Part shown: piece by piece, positions 8,219-15,408 of the stretch
Layout of the letters: every line of letters begins with the position of its first letter
How positions within the stretch are numbered: position 1 is the first letter of the stretch
Assembly (NCBI GenBank): GCA_964356235.1
Contig: CAYHGJ010000002.1
Coordinates: 1-34,871 of the forward strand
Reading direction: 5' to 3'
DNA length: 34,871 nt
From: an uncultured Candidatus Saccharibacteria bacterium
Lineage (GTDB): Bacteria > Patescibacteriota > Minisyncoccia > Phycocordibacterales > CAYHGJ01
Made by a program: the position numbers and the translations under genes
The notes under the pieces: generated by a model
Databases searched by the model: none
Told to the model about the DNA's origin: nothing
Seen by the model: the letters and a program-made list of their open reading frames with translations, nothing else

Positions 8219-8608
8219 ATGCCTAACAAAAAATACCTCTATTACAAAGGTGTGTGCGTCAACGCTTTTGGCTTGCCTGTCTGGAAAGATGATAAAAAAG
8301 ATCGTCGCAAATATACAAACCGCAAAAGAAATTTTTATGGATTAAGTTTTGCTTCGCCGTTTAAAAAAGACTCTGTGAGAAACCTGATTGTGATGTACGA
8401 TATTATAGATATAAAGAAAAAAGAACGCGATTGGCTACGACGGCATTTAATAAAGTTTGGTTATTTGATGATACAGCGAAGTGTTTGGGTTGGGCCATCA
8501 CCTCTTCCAAAAGATTTTGTTGATTATGTTAAAAAACTTGGCCTACGAGCACATATTAAAAAGTTTAGACTAGCCAAACCCTACACTCCCAAAGAAAACA
8601 GATTTTAA
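8219..8608 (+). CDS. Cas2-fold / PaaX-C-terminal-like protein, orphan
   Basis: LIVMYDIIDIKKKERDWLRRHLIKFGYLMIQRSVWVG matches the Cas2-like beta1-alpha1-beta2 pattern (hydrophobic strand-YDI, helix, IQ+SV+). Basic N-terminus. The ORF opens at 8141; ATG 8219 was chosen because upstream codons lie inside hairpin copy 1. Confidence 0.45.
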   Translation: MPNKKYLYYKGVCVNAFGLPVWKDDKKDRRKYTNRKRNFYGLSFASPFKKDSVRNLIVMYDIIDIKKKERDWLRRHLIKFGYLMIQRSVWVGPSPLPKDFVDYVKKLGLRAHIKKFRLAKPYTPKENRF

Positions 8609-8653
8609 TTTACTAAGTTTGATTAACGCCCATAATAAAATAAAGTTTTCTTA

Positions 8654-8681
8654 ACACATATGCGCGATAGCGTATATGTGT
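8654..8681 (+). repeat. 28-nt hairpin, copy 2 (ACACATATGCGC-GATA-GCGTATATGTGT)
   Basis: One substitution relative to copy 1, which gives a G.T (G.U) pair on the plus strand. Confidence 0.9.
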
Positions 8682-8746
8682 GTAGTATAGGGTAAATATA
8701 AGAGAGTAAATATAAGGTAAGGTAGATAGATAATTATGTATAAAAA

Positions 8747-9448
8747 CTACATATCCAAAATCCACTTTTCAAAAACATTTTCAAGATTAACTTTCCCCAA
8801 CCTGCTGTTATGTAACATTTTCACTAGCTCTTCTGCATGCTTTTGAAGCTCCTTTCCCTCCCATTTTTTTGCATAACTTTTTGCCTTACTTATTACAAAG
8901 GGTTTTAATTTAAATTCCCCATCCAAAAGCTCTCTTTTGGCCAAAATCAGATTTTTTATCTGCCAAAATATAATATTAACAACATCCTCCACCTCAACCC
9001 CTTCACTTGCCGATTTCCTATACAAAAGCCAGAGCTTTTTCTTATCCTTCTCGCCATAAGCATCACTAATACTAAAAACATTAAACCCCCTTTCTTTATC
9101 TTCATCACCGACATCAATCACTTTTTCCGCTTTTTCTTTGAGTTTCTTCAAATTCTCGGAAGAAATATCGTTTTCAATAAGAATAAAAATATTTTCTGAT
9201 TTTTGTATTTTTTCCACGTCTTCTTCATTTGGCAACTCTCCTGACCAAAGATTGTCTGCAAGAATAACTGACTTGTTTTCAAAAAGTCCAGCACTTCCAG
9301 CAAATTCATCAAAAAAGGTCCCCACCCATTCTTCTTCGTCCACTTTTATATAAGAAGCGTTCGGTTTTTTGGCAAGAAGTCCTTCAATGAGGGCAATGGC
9401 CTTATTTGAAGATTTGTTTCTATTTTTGCCGTGAATTAAATAAAACAT
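8747..9448 (-). CDS. DNA polymerase III delta subunit-like protein (tentative)
   Basis: 233-aa ORF with a MFYLIHGKN... N-terminus of the kind seen in HolA-like clamp-loader subunits, placed directly downstream of polA. Weak assignment. Confidence 0.4.
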   Translation of the reverse strand: MFYLIHGKNRNKSSNKAIALIEGLLAKKPNASYIKVDEEEWVGTFFDEFAGSAGLFENKSVILADNLWSGELPNEEDVEKIQKSENIFILIENDISSENLKKLKEKAEKVIDVGDEDKERGFNVFSISDAYGEKDKKKLWLLYRKSASEGVEVEDVVNIIFWQIKNLILAKRELLDGEFKLKPFVISKAKSYAKKWEGKELQKHAEELVKMLHNSRLGKVNLENVFEKWILDM

Positions 9449-9549
9449 AAATTTAGTTTATAAAGTAAAAAGTTTATAAAGTTCTTAAAGTATTTCTGTT
9501 TGAATTTATTTTTCTTTCCACTTTAATAACCTTACGAACTTTACGAACT
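9449..9549 (+). repeat. AT-rich 9-nt-periodic repeat element, full copy
   Basis: TTTAGTTTATAAAGT..GTTTATAAAGTTCTTAAAGT ... CACTTTAATAACCTTACGAACTTTACGAACT. Collinear with 17011-17128. The two halves are mutually inverted. Confidence 0.8.
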
Positions 9550-11949
9550 GCCCTTTGGCGTAGCCAAAGGATTCATTTCCGCCCAATTTTGTCCAACCTT
9601 TATATTTGCTTCAAATTTTATTCCCAGGGCATCCTCTCTTGGCACCACCCCTTCCATTATCATTTCTATTTTGGGAGCCACTTCTTTAACAATCTTCTCG
9701 TCCATTTCAAAGACGAGCTCATCATGCACTTGGAGAAGAAGCCTAACCTTGTTTTCCAAACCTTCTTTTAGAATAAGCTCGTCCACCCTTTTCATGGCTA
9801 TTTTTATAATATCAGCGGATGTCCCTTGTATTGGCGCGTTTATAGCCATTCTTTCTGCGGAGGCTCTTATGAATGGAAGTTTGGATTTTATATCAGGAAA
9901 ATATCTCCTTCTGCCAAAAAAGGTCTCTGTATATCCCCTCCTGTAAGTTTCCGCTTTCACATGTTCCAAATATTCTGCCAGTCCTGAAAATTCTTTGAAA
10001 TATTCATTATAAAATTTTTGCGCCGTTTCTCTATCGCTCCCGAGATTTGCCCGAAGAGCATTTACCCCCATACCATAAAGAATGCCGAAGTTTATAATCT
10101 TTGCCTGCCTTCTCATATCGCTTGTGACCTTATCAAGCGAAACATTAAAAACCTCGCTAGCAACGGCTTGGTGAACATCAACCCCTTTTTTGAAAATATC
10201 TACAAGTTTTTTGTCCTTGCTAAGAAGGGCGGATATACGAAGCTCTATCTGAGAATAATCAAGGGCCACAAGTTTTTTACCATCATCCGCCACAAAGGCC
10301 TTCCTAACATTTCTACCTTCATCATCTGTGTTCACCGGAATGTTTTGGAGGTTTGGGTTATTTGATGACATTCTGCCTGTTGTGGTGCCTGCCTGCAAAA
10401 ACTTAGCGCGTAGTCTGCCATCGGGAGATACCATATCCGGAATATTGTCCACATAAGTGGAGAGAATTTTTTGAAGTGTTCGATGTTTTAAGATTTCTTT
10501 TACTATTGGGTATTCGTCTTTTAGTTTTTCAAGCTCCGATTCGCGAGTGGACCTTGCCCCACCTGCTGTTTTTTTGAGACCCTTTGCTGTAATCCTAAGT
10601 CTATCAAACAAAATATTACCAAGCTGTTTTGGTGAATTTATATTAAAAACCTCTCCCGCCATCTCATAAATATTGTTTTCTATAACAGAGAGGTCTTTGT
10701 GGTACTCCTTTGAAAGTTTTGCTAGATAATCCTTATCCACCCTTATGCCACTTTTTTCCATCTTGGTGATTATAGGAATAAGAGGTTTTTCAATATCATT
10801 AAAAATAGAGATTGTTTTGTTTTTCTCAAGCTCTTTTATTATTTTTTCATAAGCATTATCTAGTGTTTTTGTGTTTGTTTCTTCTAAAATACCTGCAAGG
10901 TCGGCGTTTGTGTTGTTGGAATCAAAAACCCAAAAGGCAATCTTTGTCTCTTGTAGCATCTTTTCATCCACTTCTTTGGGGGTGGTATTGTATCCTCCTA
11001 TATCCAAACCAAGTTGTTCTCCTTTAAACAAAATGGTCTTCACTCTTTCTCTAAGAACCTTAAATTCAAGTTCCTTGAAAAGCTCATCTATCTTTTGGAA
11101 AGATAAGTTTTCTTTAAAATGTTTCTTAGGGATTGCAAAATCAATATTTACATCTTTTTTTATAGTGGCCAATGCCTTGCTAAATAGCGCCTCCTCTTCA
11201 TTGTCCAAAAGAAGTTTTATTATTCTTGGTTTTATTCCTGCCTTTAAAAAAGGAGCTTCATCTTTTTTTAGTTTTTTGTATATTTCCTCAATACTTCCAA
11301 AATTTACGATAAGTTCGGTCGCCGTTTTTTCTCCAATGCCAGAAATGCCGATAATGTTATCCGACGGATCCCCCCGCAACCCCTTATAATCCACGAGAAG
11401 CTCGGGCGAAAAACCAAACCTTTCTTTGACCATACTCTCATCATAAACAATGGTATCTTTTATTCCTTTTTTCAAAGTATAGACTGTCACCTTTTTGCCA
11501 GAAACAAGTTGCAGTGTATCCATATCACCGGAGGCAATAACCACTTCCATATTTTTCATAGGAGTACAAAGTGTGGCGATAGTGCCTATGATATCATCCG
11601 CCTCGTACCCTGCCCTATCATAGATAGGAACACCAAAAGCTTCAAAAATTTTGCGGGATTTTATTATCTGCATCACAAGATCATCCTCCGCTTTTTTTCT
11701 ACCCGCTTTGTATGCCTCATATGCTTCGTGTCTGTGTGTTGGCCCGGGCAAATCGTAACAAGCCGCCACATAGTCCGGTTTTAAATCTTCTATTATTTTT
11801 ATGAGCATGGCCGAGAGGCCATAAAGACCTCCTGTTGGCTCGCCACCTCTTGTAGAAAAATCCGGTAGAGCATGATATGCCCTGTGAAGTATGGCGTGCA
11901 CATCAAGAAGCACCAGTCTTTTGTTTTCTTTTTCTGCTTTAGCTATCAT
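9541..11949 (-). CDS. polA: DNA polymerase I
   Basis: N-terminal 5'-3' exonuclease domain (LLDVHAILHRAYHA, GYEADDIIGT), C-terminal family A polymerase motifs (DYSQIELR, RRQAKIINFGILYGM, QVHDELVFE). Confidence 0.95.
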   Translation of the reverse strand: MIAKAEKENKRLVLLDVHAILHRAYHALPDFSTRGGEPTGGLYGLSAMLIKIIEDLKPDYVAACYDLPGPTHRHEAYEAYKAGRKKAEDDLVMQIIKSRKIFEAFGVPIYDRAGYEADDIIGTIATLCTPMKNMEVVIASGDMDTLQLVSGKKVTVYTLKKGIKDTIVYDESMVKERFGFSPELLVDYKGLRGDPSDNIIGISGIGEKTATELIVNFGSIEEIYKKLKKDEAPFLKAGIKPRIIKLLLDNEEEALFSKALATIKKDVNIDFAIPKKHFKENLSFQKIDELFKELEFKVLRERVKTILFKGEQLGLDIGGYNTTPKEVDEKMLQETKIAFWVFDSNNTNADLAGILEETNTKTLDNAYEKIIKELEKNKTISIFNDIEKPLIPIITKMEKSGIRVDKDYLAKLSKEYHKDLSVIENNIYEMAGEVFNINSPKQLGNILFDRLRITAKGLKKTAGGARSTRESELEKLKDEYPIVKEILKHRTLQKILSTYVDNIPDMVSPDGRLRAKFLQAGTTTGRMSSNNPNLQNIPVNTDDEGRNVRKAFVADDGKKLVALDYSQIELRISALLSKDKKLVDIFKKGVDVHQAVASEVFNVSLDKVTSDMRRQAKIINFGILYGMGVNALRANLGSDRETAQKFYNEYFKEFSGLAEYLEHVKAETYRRGYTETFFGRRRYFPDIKSKLPFIRASAERMAINAPIQGTSADIIKIAMKRVDELILKEGLENKVRLLLQVHDELVFEMDEKIVKEVAPKIEMIMEGVVPREDALGIKFEANIKVGQNWAEMNPLATPKGSS

Positions 11950-11970
11950 TTGATTATCATAATGCGAATT

Positions 11971-12408
11971 TTACATATTTATTTCTCTAGTATTTTCATC
12001 CACAAATTCAAAATAAATTTTTTTAATATCCTTTGGCAGTTTTTCTAAAATTCTTTCCGGCCATTCTATAAAAATAATATTTTGCGGATCATTTCTTAAT
12101 TCTTCAAAACCAAGGTGTCTCAACTCATCGGCATTCTCCAAGCGATACGCATCTATATGAACCATATGTTTCCAAAAATTTTTTGTTTTTGCTGGCAGTT
12201 TATATATTTTTTCAATTATAAAAGTTGGACTTATTATTGTCTCATCTATACCAAAATGTTCCGCGCATTTTTTTACAAAAGCGGTTTTACCGGCTCCAAG
12301 ATCCCCAAACAAACCGACAACAACCGCCTTTTCTCCCATTTTCAAAGTGTCTAAAAAAAAAGACGCCAGAGTAGCTGTTTCCTCCAAGCTTTTAGAAACA
12401 TATTTCAT
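11971..12408 (-). CDS. tsaE: tRNA t6A37 biosynthesis ATPase TsaE
   Basis: GDLGAGKTAFVK Walker A, SPTFII, HIDAYRL. Confidence 0.85.
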   Translation of the reverse strand: MKYVSKSLEETATLASFFLDTLKMGEKAVVVGLFGDLGAGKTAFVKKCAEHFGIDETIISPTFIIEKIYKLPAKTKNFWKHMVHIDAYRLENADELRHLGFEELRNDPQNIIFIEWPERILEKLPKDIKKIYFEFVDENTREINM

Positions 12409-12419
12409 CCCTTGATTTT

Positions 12420-12458
12420 ACCCTGTTAAATAAAATTTAGCTAAGCTAAATTTTGGCC
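12420..12458 (+). repeat. ACCCTG-family repeat, left flank of the GC-rich cassette
   Basis: ACCCTGTTAAAT (12420-12431; the same 12-mer as 28245-28256) ... AAATTTTGGCC (12448-12458). Same orientation as 13227-13249. Confidence 0.7.
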
Positions 12459-12497
12459 TTACTTTTTCGCAAGAATAAAAGGCCATTTATCGCAGAA

Positions 12498-12541
12498 CCC
12501 ATAGGATACACCTATGTATGTACATAGGTGTATCCTATGGG
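12498..12541. repeat. 44-nt near-perfect palindrome
   Basis: CCCATAGGATACACCTATGTA TG TACATAGGTGTATCCTATGGG: 21 complementary positions on each arm. Confidence 0.9.
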
Positions 12542-12544
12542 AAA

Positions 12545-12586
12545 TTTTGCAAAAGGAAAGCCCCTCCGCGCAAGCGCAGAGGGGCT
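12545..12586 (-). terminator. intrinsic terminator of the GC-rich lipoprotein gene
   Basis: 13-bp GC-rich stem (AGCCCCTCCGCGC / GCGCAGAGGGGCT on the plus strand). Its single odd pair is G.U only in the minus-strand RNA. The minus strand continues TTCCTTTTGC. Confidence 0.7.
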
Positions 12587-12600
12587 GTGGACGGGCGAGG

Positions 12601-13110
12601 TCAGGACAAGCTGACCCTGCGCCGTCCGGAGCTTTTCCGAGGGGTCGTCGGCCCCTCGGGGGATGAGGATGGAGTGGTTGTGGTTGACTGTCGGAGACTC
12701 CTTCCGACAGTAACCATGTCACTTCGCCACTCACCGGGACGGGTCCGGACACGCGCCCGAACCTCGTCCGTGCCAACGACGCGTCCCGCGCCATCGAGGA
12801 AGGTGATTGCCAGCGTGACGTAGTCACGCTGGCGAACCACGACCGTATGGTTAGCGAAGAAGAACTCCGCCACACCGCCCGCCGGGATCAATTCGTTGAC
12901 CCCGGGACCACGGTCTCCGTGGAAACTCGGGCCGACGACCCGAGCATTCATCGCAAACGCTGAGGCGTTTGCGACCGCGATCGTGGTCCCGCCGTTGGCG
13001 GGCCACGTGTAGGAGGTGGTCCTACGACCGCTCTGGTCGTAGGTCGCCATCGAGCACCCCGTCGCGCCAAGCGCGACGAGAGCAATGAGAACGACAAAAA
13101 ACTTCTTCAT
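12601..13110 (-). CDS. lipoprotein of unknown function, GC-rich foreign-looking gene
   Basis: MKKFFVVLIALVALGATG|CS signal peptide plus lipobox, GGGAG SD, GC-rich codons, TGA stop. The longer ORF to 13149 lacks an SD. Confidence 0.6.
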   Translation of the reverse strand: MKKFFVVLIALVALGATGCSMATYDQSGRRTTSYTWPANGGTTIAVANASAFAMNARVVGPSFHGDRGPGVNELIPAGGVAEFFFANHTVVVRQRDYVTLAITFLDGAGRVVGTDEVRARVRTRPGEWRSDMVTVGRSLRQSTTTTPSSSPEGPTTPRKSSGRRRVSLS

Positions 13111-13198
13111 TTTCTCTCTCCCTGCTCGTCCACCCGTGTCAGTTGACACAGGCGGACTAGGGCTGTTAGTTGTCTATGGAAACTTCGCTTCTGTCTGT

Positions 13199-13228
13199 AT
13201 TATAGCATACTTTGCCCCATTTTGTCAA
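13199..13228 (-). promoter_or_regulatory. near-consensus sigma70 promoter of the lipoprotein gene
   Basis: Minus strand TTGACA (13223-13228), 18-nt spacer, TGcTATAAT (-10 at 13199-13204). Confidence 0.65.
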
Positions 13229-13249
13229 CCCTGTATTGAATTTTGGCAT
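13227..13249 (+). repeat. ACCCTG-family repeat arm AACCCTGTATTGAATTTTGGCAT
   Basis: 22 of 23 nt identical to the reverse complement of 15149-15171, and 19 of 23 to 15094-15116. Confidence 0.85.
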
Positions 13250-13358
13250 TCGCACATTATCTTGAAGACGGACCTCAAGGTGGGGAAATATTGGATACGA
13301 GAGCAACATGGCGCCGTATTATTTTCTTAAGCCCTTATTTTAAGTTATAATTTAACAA

Positions 13359-15041
13359 ATGGTACAGTTTAATGAAGATTATAAAAAGCGAGTTTCAGAC
13401 CTACGCAAAAAAGAGGAGGAGAATTTGGCACAGCTTCTTTCAAAAAAATATTCCGTCCGGTACAGTGACCTCTCTGGCGTCTCCATAAACACAGACGCTC
13501 TGCGCCTTATTAGTGAAAAGGTTGCCAGAGAAAACAAGATGGCCGCTTTTAAGCTTGTTGGCAAAAATCTAGACATCGCCGTCCTCTCTCCAAACAAAAA
13601 AGAAGCCCTAGCGGTAGTGCGAGAGCTTGAAGAAAGAGAATATAAAATCACACTTCACATGGTCTCTACCGCAAGTTTAGAGAGAGCTTGGGAGAGATAC
13701 AAGGACATCACCTTTTCCACAGAAACAAAGGAGGGGGTACTTGATGTTTCAAGTGAAGAAATAACAAAAATTCTCAAAAAAACAAAGGGGCTTAATGACG
13801 CAAGAAAAATCATACAAGAAATCCTAACTGCCAAAAAAGGTTTTCGCATTTCAAGAATTGTAGAGATTGTTGTGGCCACAAGTCTTGCCACAGGGGCATC
13901 GGATATACACATAGAGCCAGAGGAAGGATACATCAGACTGCGCTTCCGACTAGATGGCATCCTAACAGAGGTCTTAAATTTTGACAGAGAAACATACGAG
14001 CTTTTGCTTTCAAGAATAAAACTTCTCTCGGGACTTAAATTAAATATAAAAGAATCCCCGCAAGACGGGCGTTTTTCCATACGACTTGAAGAGTCCGATA
14101 TAGAGATAAGGAGCTCTACTCTCCCCGGGGCATACGGCGAAAGCATTGTCATGCGTATCCTAAACCCAGACGCTATTTCTGTGCCCCTTGAAGAGCTTGG
14201 TATGGATGATTATTTTTTGGAAATAGTAAAAAAAGAAATCTCCCGCCCAAATGGCATGATACTAAACACAGGACCAACAGGTTCTGGAAAAACAACCACC
14301 CTTTATGCTATCCTCAAAAAAATCCACACACCCGAAGTAAAAATAATCACCATTGAAGACCCTGTTGAATATCACCTCCCCGGCATTGTTCAGACACAAG
14401 TAGAAAAGGCAAAAAAATATACGTTCGCATCGGGTCTTCGCGCTTCTTTGCGACAAGATCCAGATGTCATAATGGTTGGAGAAATAAGAGACCAAGAAAC
14501 AGCAGAGATAGCCATAAACGCGGCTCTGACGGGGCACCTTGTTTTTTCTACACTTCACACAAACAACGCCTCCGGCACATTCCCCCGCCTTATTGATCTT
14601 GGTGTAAATCCAAAAGTCATTTCCTCTGCTATAAACCTTTCAATGGCACAAAGACTTGTACGAAAGCTTTGCAAAGATTGCAAAAAGGAGGCAACGGCTA
14701 CAGAGGCAGAGCTTGTAAAAATAAAAAGAATTATAGATTCAATCAAAGACAAGACTAGAATTCCAAAAGATTATAAAAAAGTATGGGTAGCGGGCGTTGG
14801 GTGCGCCACTTGTGAAAAAACTGGCTACAAAGGCAGACTTGGAATATTTGAAGCCATCGTTTCTGATAAAGAGCTTGAAGATGTGATACAAAAAAATCCC
14901 TCGGAGCGAGAGATAGAGAAAGCGTCAGAACATCAAGGCATTTTAAATATGAAACAAGACGGAATATTGAAGGTCTTGCGCGGAATAACTTCTATGGCGG
15001 AATTGGAGAGAGTGCTTGATTTAGATGTAGAAACAAACTAG
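13359..15041 (+). CDS. pilB: type II/IV secretion system ATPase (GspE/PilB family)
   Basis: Walker A GPTGSGKTTT, Asp box, Walker B DPDVIMVGEIRD, His box TGHLVFSTLHTN, and a CxxC...CxxC zinc motif. Confidence 0.9.
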   Translation: MVQFNEDYKKRVSDLRKKEEENLAQLLSKKYSVRYSDLSGVSINTDALRLISEKVARENKMAAFKLVGKNLDIAVLSPNKKEALAVVRELEEREYKITLHMVSTASLERAWERYKDITFSTETKEGVLDVSSEEITKILKKTKGLNDARKIIQEILTAKKGFRISRIVEIVVATSLATGASDIHIEPEEGYIRLRFRLDGILTEVLNFDRETYELLLSRIKLLSGLKLNIKESPQDGRFSIRLEESDIEIRSSTLPGAYGESIVMRILNPDAISVPLEELGMDDYFLEIVKKEISRPNGMILNTGPTGSGKTTTLYAILKKIHTPEVKIITIEDPVEYHLPGIVQTQVEKAKKYTFASGLRASLRQDPDVIMVGEIRDQETAEIAINAALTGHLVFSTLHTNNASGTFPRLIDLGVNPKVISSAINLSMAQRLVRKLCKDCKKEATATEAELVKIKRIIDSIKDKTRIPKDYKKVWVAGVGCATCEKTGYKGRLGIFEAIVSDKELEDVIQKNPSEREIEKASEHQGILNMKQDGILKVLRGITSMAELERVLDLDVETN

Positions 15042-15093
15042 GATGGGAGAGAGTTGTTTAACAAAAAAACAAGCTCAATTCCTTTTTCGATTT

Positions 15094-15171
15094 CACCCCG
15101 TAGTAGATTTTGGCATTTATCTTGGAGATAGAACACTTGTAGCGCTCGATGCCAAAATTCACTACAGGGTT
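15094..15171 (+). repeat. ACCCTG-family inverted-repeat element
   Basis: Arms CACCCCGTAGTAGATTTTGGCAT (15094-15116) and ATGCCAAAATTCACTACAGGGTT (15149-15171), with 19 of 23 positions pairable and a 32-nt interior. Confidence 0.8.
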
Positions 15172-15176
15172 CAGAG

Positions 15177-15312
15177 GATAAACCTCTCCACAATACTTTT
15201 GACGCAAAGCGTCAAAAGCTAGAAAAATTTTCAAAGGATAACACCAGTCGAAACCAGTGTGTCCCCAAAATAAACCCATTTACTCGCAAAAGTAATTGTA
15301 GAGAGGTTTATC
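15177..15312 (+). repeat. second long inverted repeat in the pilB-ruvB spacer
   Basis: GATAAACCTCTCCACAA (15177-15193) pairs with TTGTAGAGAGGTTTATC (15296-15312) at 16 of 17 positions. The interior holds a perfect hairpin CTTTTGACGC-AAA-GCGTCAAAAG (15196-15218). Confidence 0.8.
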
Positions 15313-15408
15313 ACCTGAAAGATAAGAAACCAAACGCATAAAGCGTGCTATGTGATATTAAAACGAAGATTGTCAAAACTACCGGAAGCTTAACATAAAA
15401 TCATTCAA

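Noticed and set aside
8158-8681. Possible CRISPR array next to the Cas2-fold gene
   Set aside because: There are only two copies of the 28-nt palindrome, 496 bp apart, with a protein gene between them. There is no regular repeat-spacer periodicity and no cas1.
10871-11389. 172-aa and other plus-strand ORFs inside polA (10018-10365, 10812-11027, 11509-11784)
   Set aside because: They are antisense shadow frames of a confidently identified polA gene, with low-complexity products.
11955-11967. Recurring TCATAATGCGAAT / GGCATTCGC motifs (about 1944, 7047, 11955, 13245, 26085)
   Set aside because: The matches are short and their spacing to downstream -10 boxes and start codons is inconsistent. 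One apparent copy (33255) is simply a terminator loop. The evidence is too weak to call a regulatory motif.
12459-12875. Alternative-frame ORFs (12459-12875 minus, 12518-12823 plus) in the GC-rich segment
   Set aside because: Open frames are expected by chance in GC-rich DNA. Their products are Arg/Ser/Pro-rich and they lack start signals. The lipoprotein frame has a signal peptide, an SD and a promoter.
15058-15279. 73-aa minus-strand ORF in the pilB-ruvB spacer
   Set aside because: It has no SD, and its sequence is built from the arms of the inverted-repeat elements. Non-coding structure explains it better.
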